From the IMG/VR virus record IMGVR_UViG_2927713021_000002, positions 3,647 through 67,646 of that record: 64,000 nucleotides of DNA; one strand, 5' to 3'. The notes under the pieces are model-generated. The model saw only the letters and a program-made list of their open reading frames with translations, had not been told where the DNA came from and searched no databases. Of the stretch, positions 51,460-60,604 are shown piece by piece. Every line of letters begins with the position of its first letter. The first letter of the stretch is position 1. Position numbers and translations under genes: made by a program. This DNA comes from a virus. Its lineage: Duplodnaviria > Caudoviricetes.

Positions 51460-52188
51460 ATGACCAACAACATGAGCATCTGGGAGAAGGTCCAGACGAC
51501 CGACACCCGCTACACCAAGGACGCCAAGGTCGGCGGCCAGCAGATCACCAGCCTGAACGGCACGGCCATGATCATGAAGGCCACCGAGGTATTCGGTCCG
51601 GCCGGCATCGGGTTTGGCTGGAACGTGGTCGAGGAGCGATTCGACAAGGGCGCCGAAATGTTCTCAGGCGAAGGTGACAAGCGCGTCAGCCTTGGCTTCG
51701 AGCTGAACCACACCATCAAGATCACCTTCTGGTTCATGCTGGACGGTAAGCGCGGCGAGATCGAGCAGTATGGGTGCACGCAGTACCTCTACAAGTCGAA
51801 GTACGGCACCACCACTGATGGCGAGGCGCCGAAGAAGTCGCTGACCGACGCCATCAAGAAGGCCCTGTCGATGCTGGGCTTCAGCGCCGACGTGTTCCTG
51901 GGGATGTTCGACGACCAGAACTACGTCCAGCAGCTGCAGGCCGAGCAGGCAATCGAGCAGGCCGAAGATAGAGAGGCAGAGATCGAGCGCCAGAAGCAGG
52001 AACGCTTGGGCTTCATCAAAGGAACAGTTGATGCGATGAAGGGCGCCCAGAGCTTGCGTGAGCTGAAGAAGATCCATGACGCCGCAGTCCGCAGGCTTGG
52101 CGCTCGCAATGATCCCGCCGGCGTTCAGCGCGTGGCCAAAGAGCTTGCCGACCTCTCTCCAAAATTCACCCAGGAGACCGCCGCATGA
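51460..52188 (+). CDS. Rad52/Sak-like single-strand annealing protein
   Basis: ATEVFGPAGIGFGW and EAPKKSLTDAIKKALSMLGF; recombination-module position. Confidence 0.65.
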   Translation: MTNNMSIWEKVQTTDTRYTKDAKVGGQQITSLNGTAMIMKATEVFGPAGIGFGWNVVEERFDKGAEMFSGEGDKRVSLGFELNHTIKITFWFMLDGKRGEIEQYGCTQYLYKSKYGTTTDGEAPKKSLTDAIKKALSMLGFSADVFLGMFDDQNYVQQLQAEQAIEQAEDREAEIERQKQERLGFIKGTVDAMKGAQSLRELKKIHDAAVRRLGARNDPAGVQRVAKELADLSPKFTQETAA

Positions 52189-52748
52189 GCAGCCTCTACC
52201 CGCTCACGAAGCAGATGATGGAGTTGGCCGCGATGGCCGACACCGACGACGAAGGCCTCAAGCAGGCCATCCAAGACACCATGGATGGCATCGCGGGCGA
52301 GTTCGGCGACAAGGCCGACAACATCGTCATGCTGCGCCGCAACATCGACGGCGAGGTACTGGCGATCGACGCCGAAATTGAGCGGCTGAACGAGCTCAAG
52401 CGCGTCAAGAAGAACGCGGTAACGCAGATCGGCGATTACCTGCGCCGCAACATGGAGGCAGCCAACCTAAAGTCGATCAAGCGTCCACTGTTCAATATCA
52501 CCCTGGCCGCCGCGCCAGAGAAGGTGATCGTAGACAACCTGGAAGACGTACCGATCGATCTGGTCCGCGTGGTTGTAACCCAGGACCCAGACAAAAAGGC
52601 GATCGCCGCCAAGCTCAAGGCCGACCGCGAGCACAACGAAGCAGTGCGCAAGCGCATGGCCGCCGGCGAAGACTGCGAACACGAACTGATCCCTAACGCG
52701 CCCTGGGCTCACCTTGAGCGCGGCGAAAGCTCGATTCGAATCAAGTGA
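52185..52748 (+). CDS. Siphovirus Gp157-family protein
   Basis: SLYPLT, KADNI, IDAEIERL, PDKKAIAAKLK, AHLERGESSIRIK. Confidence 0.8.
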   Translation: MSSLYPLTKQMMELAAMADTDDEGLKQAIQDTMDGIAGEFGDKADNIVMLRRNIDGEVLAIDAEIERLNELKRVKKNAVTQIGDYLRRNMEAANLKSIKRPLFNITLAAAPEKVIVDNLEDVPIDLVRVVVTQDPDKKAIAAKLKADREHNEAVRKRMAAGEDCEHELIPNAPWAHLERGESSIRIK

Positions 52749-52754
52749 GGCAGC

Positions 52755-53273
52755 ATGAACCCATCAATCGACTTGGAGGCAGCGAAAGCTGCCTTTCTCT
52801 CATCTGGGGGAAGCATTGTTGTGCTTGAGGGCTTCCAGTATGTGCCGCCTCGCCCGCACCGCGATGTCGAAAAGGTGCAGCCCCCCAAGCCAAAGCCACA
52901 GAGCGCAAAGAAGAAGCGGCGCCACAAGCAGCTTGTCTACCTGCGTTCGCTGGCCAAGACCATGACCTGCGCAGAGGCGCGTGAGCGAACCGGGCTATGC
53001 CGGACCACTCTGTACCTGGCAGCCGTCGAAGGTGGTTTCTCATTCCAGCCCGAGCCGCGCACTTCGCGCTCAACAGGTGAACGACAGTACGCCAGCCCCG
53101 AAGCCGACAAGGCACTGGCCCAGCAGATCACCGAGCTGCGCGACGCCGGGCTAAACCGGACCCAGGCCAAGGCCAAGCTCGGAATCTCCGACCGCAAGTT
53201 CTGCCGCGTCATCCATCTGTTCGGCGTCGACTACCCCAAGGTTGAGGGCAAGCGATGCGACGGACCAATCTGA
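52755..53273 (+). CDS. Hypothetical HTH-containing protein
   Basis: AKAAFLSSGGSIVVL; two HTH-like segments. Confidence 0.65.
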   Translation: MNPSIDLEAAKAAFLSSGGSIVVLEGFQYVPPRPHRDVEKVQPPKPKPQSAKKKRRHKQLVYLRSLAKTMTCAEARERTGLCRTTLYLAAVEGGFSFQPEPRTSRSTGERQYASPEADKALAQQITELRDAGLNRTQAKAKLGISDRKFCRVIHLFGVDYPKVEGKRCDGPI

Positions 53274-53347
53274 AGGTTCGCCAGCGCCGCCGGCAAGAAC
53301 AGTTGCACCTGCCGTCCAGCGGACTTATTTCAGAACCCAAAGAAGCT

Positions 53348-53581
53348 TCAACCTTTGCTGTGCTCTGGGGATGTAGGCCCTGCACCAGGCTTGATGCCAC
53401 GTGGTCCGGCGATCCCCCATACAACCAGCCCGACTACGGGGAAAACCACGATACCCAAGAACCAGGCTACCTTGACGCCATCGGACTTGTCGCTTCGGAA
53501 AACACTCACGATGGCCCACAGGTCTACCAAAATGACGATCACCGCAACGGCAATCCAGAAATAGCTGACAGGATCTGACAT
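53348..53581 (-). CDS. PLD nuclease N-terminal (PLDc_N)-like small membrane protein
   Basis: DLWAIVSVFRS...KVAWFLGIVVFPVVGLVVW; SD GAGGAGG; counter-oriented. Confidence 0.75.
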   Translation of the reverse strand: MSDPVSYFWIAVAVIVILVDLWAIVSVFRSDKSDGVKVAWFLGIVVFPVVGLVVWGIAGPRGIKPGAGPTSPEHSKG

Positions 53582-53701
53582 GACTGCTTCCTCCTCGTTT
53601 GATAAAGGGTTGGCAGCGTGCCGGATACAGGGTTCAAAAGATCGGAGCGTCAGACGACAGCATCCAGAGCAGGACGTGGAGAGGTTTGAAGGAGTTGCCG
53701 T

Positions 53702-54055
53702 ATGGCTATGACACAGCAAGTGCGGGACGAGAAACGCCGGACCAAGGCAGCCAAGCTGCAGGAAGAAGACCTTCGCCTAAAGGTTCGACCAGGGACTAAG
53801 CAGGCCCTGCTGGAACTGATGGAGTGGGCCGGTATCGAAGAACAGGGCGAGGCGCTGACGCTGATGATTCATCACCTGCATGCGCTTGGCCCGGGCGGAG
53901 CATTGCCGCTACTTGAGCCTCCGCGCCACGAAATCACTGTGTCACCTGATGTGGCGCGGAGGCTTGAAGTGGCTTATCAAAGGGCAGCCGTCCGTGCTGA
54001 ATCAAGAGAGGAATGTGATCAGTTGCTCGCCGAGGGCTGTTGTCCTTTTAGCTAG
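53702..54055 (+). CDS. Hypothetical early protein
   Basis: EEDLRLKVRPGTKQALLELMEWAGIEEQGEALTLMIH; SD AAGGAG. Confidence 0.7.
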   Translation: MAMTQQVRDEKRRTKAAKLQEEDLRLKVRPGTKQALLELMEWAGIEEQGEALTLMIHHLHALGPGGALPLLEPPRHEITVSPDVARRLEVAYQRAAVRAESREECDQLLAEGCCPFS

Positions 54056-54697
54056 CATCCCATCAGAGCTTAAGCTGGAATTCAGGCTATCGGTACTTAC
54101 TAAGCCTCGCTGGTACATATCCTTCCAAATCGATTCACGAATTTCTTTATGTCCCTTCAGTTCTGGTAGCGCTAGATCGATGACTGAGGAAAGTGATCCA
54201 GACATCCAGTTAGGGGTCTTTATGCCTACCTTATCGAGCCAGGCCCTCGGATGATTGAAAACCGTGAGCAGCTTGATATGGGAGACAGTGCACACATCGA
54301 CAAAGTTTAGGAAAAGCTGACGGTAATCGTCTGCAGGGCATGATGGTAGCGCTGAGTTTTTGACAGCGTTTTTCAGTGCTTCAAGTTTTTCTGTCTGATG
54401 ATTCCTCAGAGAGATTGAGCAGACCTCAGCCACTGTACTGATGAACGCTTCATTCTGCTGTAGGTTTTCCTCAGTAACTATGCCTTGGTCCAGCAGGTCA
54501 TTAATGACCTCACCGATGTCCCGGACGGTGTCCCAGCGCCGCTTAGTCAGAGGGGATTCAACTACCGAATTGAACACCTCCACTAGGGCGCCACCCGCTA
54601 CAGGAATCAGCGATAAAGCGATACGAGTACCCCGGTGCGCCTTCTCTCCTAGGGGTTCGACCTGGGGGTCTAGTCCTTCGACATCGATTTTCTTCAC
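54002..54697 (-). CDS. Abi-alpha/DUF4393-like protein
   Basis: ALSLIPVAGGAL N-terminus, EKLEALKNAV, C-terminal winged-helix-like GLV...TTALGEQLITFL; SD AAGGAGG; counter-oriented, lower GC. Confidence 0.6.
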   Translation of the reverse strand: MKKIDVEGLDPQVEPLGEKAHRGTRIALSLIPVAGGALVEVFNSVVESPLTKRRWDTVRDIGEVINDLLDQGIVTEENLQQNEAFISTVAEVCSISLRNHQTEKLEALKNAVKNSALPSCPADDYRQLFLNFVDVCTVSHIKLLTVFNHPRAWLDKVGIKTPNWMSGSLSSVIDLALPELKGHKEIRESIWKDMYQRGLVSTDSLNSSLSSDGMLAKRTTALGEQLITFLS

Positions 54698-54844
54698 GCT
54701 TCCTCCTTCGGCCGGCCCTATGCCGGTCATCTGTAATAGCCCAAAGCCAGACAGTTTGCCACCCGCGCTGCCCGCCAGCGCCTTCCCCTATTCAACGATA
54801 ACGCCTCCCCGGCGAGGGCGGCGCCTGCACGCAAGGATAACGAC

Positions 54845-55768
54845 GTGACCACAGCAATCGACCTGTTCGCCGGCCTCGGCGGATGGAGCACCGGCGCGCG
54901 CGCCGCAGGCGTCCAGGTTCTCTGGGCGGCAAACCATTGGCCGGTAGCCGTTGAATGGCACAGCGCCAACCACCCCGACACGCAGCACGTTTGCCAGGAC
55001 CTGCACCAGGCCCGCTGGGAGCAAGTGCCAGCGCATGACATCTTGCTTGCCTCCCCCTGCTGCCAGGGCCACGCCAAGGCGCGCGGCAAGAAGTCGGGCA
55101 ACCCTGAACACGACGCATCGCGCTCGACGGCCTGGGCGCCGGTGTCGGCCCTCGAGTTCCACCGGCCGCAGGCGGCAGTGATCGAAAACGTTCCAGAGTT
55201 CACCGACTGGGTGCTCTATCCGGCCTGGCTGCAAGCGGTTCAGGCTCTGGGGTATCAGGCGGCGCCGCACATCGTCGACTGTGCCGACCTCGGAGTGCCG
55301 CAGCACCGGGTGCGCCTGTTCATGGTGCTGACGCGCAGCAAGGCGCCACTGATGTTGCAGCTGCCCCGCGAGCGGCACGTGCCGGCCGCTAGCTTCCTCG
55401 ACTTCGACGCTGGCCGCTGGTCGACCATCGACAAGCCCGGCCGGGCCCAGGCCACGCTCGACCGGGTACGCAACGGCCGCCAGCGCTTCGGCGACCGATT
55501 CATCATGCCCTACTACGGCAAAGGCTCTGGCACCACCGGGCGCGACATCAACCGGCCGATCGGCACCATTACCACCTTGGATCGATGGGCCCTGGTCGAC
55601 GGCGACCGCATGCGGATGCTCAGCGCCAGCGAGGCCCTGGCAGCAATGTCGTTCCCGGCTGAAACCCTGCGCCCGGATAACCACCGATTGACCATGCACA
55701 TGGCCGGTAACGCGGTGCCGCCACTGGCCGGCCAGAGAGTGATTGAAGCATTGATGGAGGCCGCATGA
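54845..55768 (+). CDS. DNA (cytosine-5) methyltransferase, orphan
   Basis: Motif I DLFAGLGG, IV SPCCQG, VI ENV, VIII QHRVR, X GNAV. Confidence 0.92.
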   Translation: MTTAIDLFAGLGGWSTGARAAGVQVLWAANHWPVAVEWHSANHPDTQHVCQDLHQARWEQVPAHDILLASPCCQGHAKARGKKSGNPEHDASRSTAWAPVSALEFHRPQAAVIENVPEFTDWVLYPAWLQAVQALGYQAAPHIVDCADLGVPQHRVRLFMVLTRSKAPLMLQLPRERHVPAASFLDFDAGRWSTIDKPGRAQATLDRVRNGRQRFGDRFIMPYYGKGSGTTGRDINRPIGTITTLDRWALVDGDRMRMLSASEALAAMSFPAETLRPDNHRLTMHMAGNAVPPLAGQRVIEALMEAA

Positions 55769-55922
55769 AGCCCATCCGCCGTTCCTACTCCCGGCCCCGA
55801 GTCGGCATGCCCCAGTTCCAGCTCTCAAATACGTGCGACGAGTGCGGCGGTAGTCGCGCCCACGGCAACCACAAGGCCTGCTCGAAGAAGCGACAGGCAA
55901 GGTATCAATCGGAGAATCTTGC

Positions 55923-56753
55923 ATGAGCAATAACCAGATGATCAGCGTGCCCGAAGGGTTCATGCTGGCTGAGCGCAGTATTTGGACGGAGCAGCAGGTC
56001 GACTCTGCTGCCGCGTGCATCACGCTCCTGAAGGGCGTGCCAGGCATGACTGACCGCGATTTGGCCATGGCAGCGATGGACGCGGCTCAGTGCAAAGCGC
56101 CAGATATCACCCTGGCAGACATATTGCCAGCCGAGCAGCCCCAGGGCGATCCGGTGGCGGTTGTGAATGAGGCCGACGATGGCCTGTTCGTCGAGTTGAT
56201 CTATGGCGACAACGGCAACCCGCTGCGCCGTGGCGACAAGCTCTATACCCGCCCGGCGCATGGTGAGCCGGTCTGGTACATGATCGAGAGCGGACTGAGC
56301 GTCATGCACGCAAAGGCAAAGGCCTTGAGCGAGAGGAACGGCTGGGACGCCAGCGCTTACAGCATCCCGCTCTACACCCACGCCGACCCTGCCGAGGTTG
56401 AGCGGCTGCGCGATGAAAACCGGAGGCTGCACGAAGCTGGCGAGTTTCTAGACGGTGTAAACCAGGGAATCGAGGACAAGCTTCGCGCCCAGCTGGCCGA
56501 GCGTGATGCGCTGCTCGGCGCAATTGCAGGCTGGACCACCGAAACCCGGGCAGCCGTGCTTGAAGCATTCCAAGACGAGCTGAACGAGAGCGCCAGTTAC
56601 GCCTGGTACGACGCAGCGATAGCCGACCTGATGAAGCTGGTCGAAGCCCTATCCGCCAGCGCAGAGCCGAGACCCGTGATCGCTGGGAGCGTAATCGAAA
56701 CGCCCCCGTCCGAATCGCCTGCGATCCAGACCACTATCTCGCTGCAGCGCTAA
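55923..56753 (+). CDS. Mosaic early protein (Ea22/Eaa-like)
   Basis: AEQPQGDPVA, LYTHADPAEVERLR, LRAQLAERDALL, ALSASAEP modules. Confidence 0.6.
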   Translation: MSNNQMISVPEGFMLAERSIWTEQQVDSAAACITLLKGVPGMTDRDLAMAAMDAAQCKAPDITLADILPAEQPQGDPVAVVNEADDGLFVELIYGDNGNPLRRGDKLYTRPAHGEPVWYMIESGLSVMHAKAKALSERNGWDASAYSIPLYTHADPAEVERLRDENRRLHEAGEFLDGVNQGIEDKLRAQLAERDALLGAIAGWTTETRAAVLEAFQDELNESASYAWYDAAIADLMKLVEALSASAEPRPVIAGSVIETPPSESPAIQTTISLQR

Positions 56754-57033
56754 GCTTGGCAGTCGGTGCACCGTCCAAGGCTATCTGACGGGCTCGGCCT
56801 ACTCCCCAAACAAGGGCCCGAGTCATCGACTCGTGGGGCCTTGATTCGTATGCCTCTTCGTAGATTGGCATGCCAGAAGCCGCGTACACGCCAACAAACA
56901 ACTGCGTATTACCGGTACGAGACAAGCGAACCTGGACGTCAATGACCGTCCCGTCATCGAGTATTTCATCGTGCACTCGATGGTGGAGGTTCGGATCAGC
57001 CCAAGTCCAAAATACATTCCCTCGAATCCTCAT
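56734..57033 (-). CDS. Hypothetical protein, counter-oriented insert
   Basis: 99 aa; SD AAGGAGGG; AT-rich upstream promoter region. Confidence 0.7.
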   Translation of the reverse strand: MRIRGNVFWTWADPNLHHRVHDEILDDGTVIDVQVRLSRTGNTQLFVGVYAASGMPIYEEAYESRPHESMTRALVWGVGRARQIALDGAPTAKLSAAAR

Positions 57034-57211
57034 GTCGCCCTCCTTCGACTCGCTTAATGGTTGTGCCCCTCAGCAACTTTATCTAACAAACGACGACAGA
57101 CAACCTTTTATGGCCGATATGCGGACTGCGTCTGACAACCGGCAACTTTTCTTATACCGAATAAATAATTTGTACAACTTATTGCCGCGATATGGCGGCC
57201 AAGGAATCCGT

Positions 57212-57721
57212 ATGCCCAGCGCACAAACGGCCGCACGATGGTGCCCGGACGAATGCCCGATCACCGGCCGCAAGTTCTTCATGTGGATCGAGCATCCCGA
57301 TGGCGGGATGGTGCCGACCTATGGCGGTCCTTTCGACAGCTACACAATCCCGACCCGCGACGGCGACGAAGGCTTCTGCTGCGAGCGGTACGACCACGAT
57401 TACGGTGGTTGGCGCGATGACGAAATGGTGGGCCTCAAGCTGATTGACGACCAAAGCGACGAATGCGAGCACGGCCAGGTTGCCGAGCTACAGGCTGAGA
57501 TTGAACGGCTGAAGGGCCAGAGCCGAGTCATCACGCTATCTGGATGCGAGTTCACCGAAGACGATCTACTCGCCCGCGCGGTTCGTGGTGTGAGTGGCAC
57601 TGGAAGGCAGAAGAGACCGCGCTGGGCACTGATGACCGATGTCTTCCTCTGCGGTTCTGGCGTCGCACATGCGCTGTGCCGGCGGTTCGGCGTTGATCCC
57701 AACGAGGACCTGCGCAAATGA
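57212..57721 (+). CDS. Hypothetical early protein
   Basis: PDECPITGRKFFMWIEHP..GMVPTYGGPFDSYTIP. Confidence 0.65.
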   Translation: MPSAQTAARWCPDECPITGRKFFMWIEHPDGGMVPTYGGPFDSYTIPTRDGDEGFCCERYDHDYGGWRDDEMVGLKLIDDQSDECEHGQVAELQAEIERLKGQSRVITLSGCEFTEDDLLARAVRGVSGTGRQKRPRWALMTDVFLCGSGVAHALCRRFGVDPNEDLRK

Positions 57722-57990
57722 CCCGCCTCGCCCTCTGCCTCCTGCTGCTGGCCACCGGCGCCAGCGCAGAACAACTTACCGACGACATCGTGGTGGTGCA
57801 CGACCAGAAGCGCGGCGCCACCTGCTGGGTGCCGTACAACGGCTATGGCACACCGCAGGCGATTTTCTGCATCCCCGACAGCCAGCTGCAGACCGGCAAC
57901 GAGCGCCAGCTCTCCCCGCACGAAAAAGATTCAGGACCTACACCCGCACTGGCGCCTGGGCGCTGGATTGATGAGAGGTATGAGCTGTGA
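57718..57990 (+). CDS. Small exported protein
   Basis: Signal MTRLALCLLLLATGASA; HDQKRGATCW. Confidence 0.65.
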   Translation: MTRLALCLLLLATGASAEQLTDDIVVVHDQKRGATCWVPYNGYGTPQAIFCIPDSQLQTGNERQLSPHEKDSGPTPALAPGRWIDERYEL

Positions 57991-58442
57991 ACGATAGTTG
58001 GCACGGTAAAGCCATCCCGCCCGAAGGTACCGTTTGTGAGTACAACTCAAACTGGGCGCACGCGGCGAACTTCGAGAGCTGGCACAAGGTGCGCGTCGTC
58101 TTCTTATCCGATTGCACCTACGTGGTACGACGTGAAGACCAAGTAGCTGGAGAACTCACAGAGCTGTGCGGAATGGCATCGATTTTCGAGGCAAAGCGTT
58201 TCCGCCCCTTCATCACACCCGAGCAAATTGCGGCCAATGAAATAGAAACGATCTTCAACTGGATGGTTAACAGAGACAGCGAGCAAGGGCTTCTCGGCAT
58301 CGCCGAGGACCTCCACGCTGATGGGTACCGCAGGAAGTCTCCGCAGCCCCACGACGAGAAAGTGTGTTCCTGCCCTACTGGCGACGGCTCGCTGCGCTGG
58401 CCGTGCCCGGTTCATCCGCCCGAGGACCCCAAAAATGATTGA
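57987..58442 (+). CDS. Hypothetical early protein
   Basis: WHGKAIPPEGTVCE; C-terminal CSCPTGDGSLRWPCPVH. Confidence 0.65.
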   Translation: MNDSWHGKAIPPEGTVCEYNSNWAHAANFESWHKVRVVFLSDCTYVVRREDQVAGELTELCGMASIFEAKRFRPFITPEQIAANEIETIFNWMVNRDSEQGLLGIAEDLHADGYRRKSPQPHDEKVCSCPTGDGSLRWPCPVHPPEDPKND

Positions 58443-58623
58443 GCAATTCACCCTGATCGAGCTGGAGGCAGCGCTGAAGGGCCGAGCCATCCCGGGCGAC
58501 CTGCGCTGCGGCGAATCCATCGCCCAGTACCTGCACCGAGAGATCCAGAGCCTGGCCAAGGAGCGAGACAATCTCCGCGAAGACCGCGATGCCATGCTCG
58601 AAGCCGGCGCCCACCTGCTCTAA
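58435..58623 (+). CDS. Hypothetical early protein
   Basis: 62 aa, coupled; ends LEAGAHLL. Confidence 0.55.
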   Translation: MIEQFTLIELEAALKGRAIPGDLRCGESIAQYLHREIQSLAKERDNLREDRDAMLEAGAHLL

Positions 58624-58689
58624 CCGAACTCCTCCCATCACCCTATAACTCAAGCCCGCCGACATGCGCGGGCATGGAGAGCTATTCCC

Positions 58690-59106
58690 ATGACGAAAGA
58701 AGAATTGGCCGCCCAACTGACCGGTCTCGAGTACCCCACCCGCATACCTGGCTCGCTGATCGTCGCGGCACAGAGCGCCGGCCTGGTGATTCTCTGCGGG
58801 GCCAGTGACGACCTGATGGAGTTCTACGGCGCCCGCCGCGAGGAGATCGGCTGCTACGACGGCGGTACTGCCTTCGTTGACGCAGATGGCGTACTGCCCG
58901 ACCGGGACTGCTTGGATGGTGATGAAGAAATTGCCGAGTACGTGCAGCGCCAGAAATCAGCCAAGGCGATCGAGGCGCTGTGGTGTAAGGAGGACGGCTA
59001 TAGCTGGACCTACAAGACCGACATCCCACACGCGACCTTCGAAGTCGTTGAAGACGGACAGCCCTACTGCCGCGGGATCGTGTTCGCGCTGGCGGAGCTG
59101 GCCTGA
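58690..59106 (+). CDS. Conserved hypothetical phage protein
   Basis: GASDDLMEF, WTYKTDIPHATF, YCRGIVF. Confidence 0.75.
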   Translation: MTKEELAAQLTGLEYPTRIPGSLIVAAQSAGLVILCGASDDLMEFYGARREEIGCYDGGTAFVDADGVLPDRDCLDGDEEIAEYVQRQKSAKAIEALWCKEDGYSWTYKTDIPHATFEVVEDGQPYCRGIVFALAELA

Positions 59107-59144
59107 TCACCAACCTGCCGCCACCGGCGGCGTGGAGAGTAACC

Positions 59145-59336
59145 ATGTTCATGACACCGGATGAGGTAGCCGACATGACGGGCTACCTCCGGCCCAGAGA
59201 CCAAGTACGCTGGTTGAAGGAATGGAATTTCGGGTATGTGATAGGCGCCGACGGCAAGCCGAAGGTGCTCAGGCAGGTAGTGCTCGCCCGCTTGGGCGGG
59301 CAGGCCGAGAAGAAAGGACCGGAACTCCGGTTTTGA
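59145..59336 (+). CDS. Excisionase-like protein (DUF4224-like)
   Basis: FMTPDEVADMTGY...Q.RWL...DGKPKVLR; immediately before int. Confidence 0.75.
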   Translation: MFMTPDEVADMTGYLRPRDQVRWLKEWNFGYVIGADGKPKVLRQVVLARLGGQAEKKGPELRF

Positions 59337-59351
59337 TAGAAGGGACGACCG

Positions 59352-60365
59352 ATGAGGCCGCGAAAGAAGGACAGGCATCTGCCGCCGTGCATGTACATCA
59401 AGCACGGCGCCTATTACCTGGTGAGGAAGGGAAAGTGGGAGCGCCTCGACAAGGATTACCAAGGCGCGCTCCTCGCCTACGCAAAGATCATGGGCGGAAA
59501 AGGCCAGGGCGCGATGCCCAAGCTAATCGACGACGCTCTTGACTCAATGCGCAAGCGGCTGGCGGAGAACACGGTCAAGCAGTACGAGGCTGCGTCAGCC
59601 AAGCTGAAGCACCACTTGGCCGAGTTCGAGCCGCGCCAGGTGCTGCCGAGGCATGTGGCGGCTTTGAAGATGCACATGGCCGATACGCCGAACATGGCAA
59701 ACCGTGTGATCTCGTTCCTTCGGATGGTCTTTGCATATGCCCTGGAGCAGCAGCTTGTTGATTCCAATCCTTGCACAGGCATCAAGAGACACACAGAAAA
59801 GAAGCGCGACCGCTATATCACGGACGAAGAGTTTGCCGCGATCTGCGGCGCCTGCTCCCCTTACATCCGATCCATCCTTCAGATGTGCTACCTGACCGGC
59901 CAGCGCATCGGCGACGTGCTGGCAATCAAGCTTGCTGACATCAGCGACAATGGCATCGCTTTCGAACAGCAAAAAACTGGCGCAAAGCTGGTAGTGGCAA
60001 TGACGCCAGATCTGAAAAAGCTGATAGCTAGGGCGAATTCACTGCCGAGGAAGGTGCGCGGCGTCACCCTATTCTGCACGCGTGGTGGCGGCCGTCCGGT
60101 GTCCTACTCGACAGTGAAAGACGCCTTCAGAAAGGCTTGCGAAGAAATCGGTGTAGCCAGCGCGACAATTCATGACCTTAGGGCGAAGTCGTTGACAGAC
60201 ACTGACAAGCAGGGCAATGACGCACAAAAGCTGGGTGGGCATACAGATGCTAGGATGACTCAGCGCTATCTTCGGCTTCGGGAAATGAAGGTCGCTATCG
60301 GGCCTACGCTGGGGGACGAGGGGTCTGCAAGGCAAATGCGGGAAATGAAAAAGCCCCTCGAATGA
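59352..60365 (+). CDS. int: Tyrosine integrase
   Basis: TGQRIGD (R), QQKTG (K), HDLR, GH, TQRY (Y). Confidence 0.93.
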   Translation: MRPRKKDRHLPPCMYIKHGAYYLVRKGKWERLDKDYQGALLAYAKIMGGKGQGAMPKLIDDALDSMRKRLAENTVKQYEAASAKLKHHLAEFEPRQVLPRHVAALKMHMADTPNMANRVISFLRMVFAYALEQQLVDSNPCTGIKRHTEKKRDRYITDEEFAAICGACSPYIRSILQMCYLTGQRIGDVLAIKLADISDNGIAFEQQKTGAKLVVAMTPDLKKLIARANSLPRKVRGVTLFCTRGGGRPVSYSTVKDAFRKACEEIGVASATIHDLRAKSLTDTDKQGNDAQKLGGHTDARMTQRYLRLREMKVAIGPTLGDEGSARQMREMKKPLE

Positions 60366-60375
60366 GGGGCTTTTT
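60348..60375. terminator. Bidirectional intrinsic terminator
   Basis: AAAAAGCCCCTC-GAAT-GAGGGGCTTTTT between convergent genes. Confidence 0.85.
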
Positions 60376-60389
60376 CTCCAATCCGCCAG

Positions 60390-60560
60390 TCAAGCGACTA
60401 GGACTGGCTCAGCCAAACCGTTGGCTGCACAGATCTGATGGATATCACGCGAAGCCTGCTTGAAATCCGCAACCGACTTTCGAGATTTCTCAAGGTTTTC
60501 ATTTCGCGCACCCTGCGACATGGGCTTAAGATTTCGCAACGATTTCCCAACCATCTGCAT
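60390..60560 (-). CDS. Small basic protein downstream of the ClpP-like gene
   Basis: GGAG SD then ATG; 56 aa; ends just before the terminator. Confidence 0.5.
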   Translation of the reverse strand: MQMVGKSLRNLKPMSQGARNENLEKSRKSVADFKQASRDIHQICAANGLAEPVLVA

Positions 60561-60604
60561 ATCTCCCATTCCTTTTCTCACTTTCTTTCAGTTCTATCAT
60601 GTTT

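Noticed and set aside
54788-56068. 426-aa minus-strand ORF
   Set aside because: Antisense to the methyltransferase, which has all conserved motifs.
60279-60349. 11-bp repeat CGGGAAATGAA at the int 3' end as a target-site duplication
   Set aside because: The copies are only 60 bp apart and do not flank the ClpP-like cassette; may be chance.
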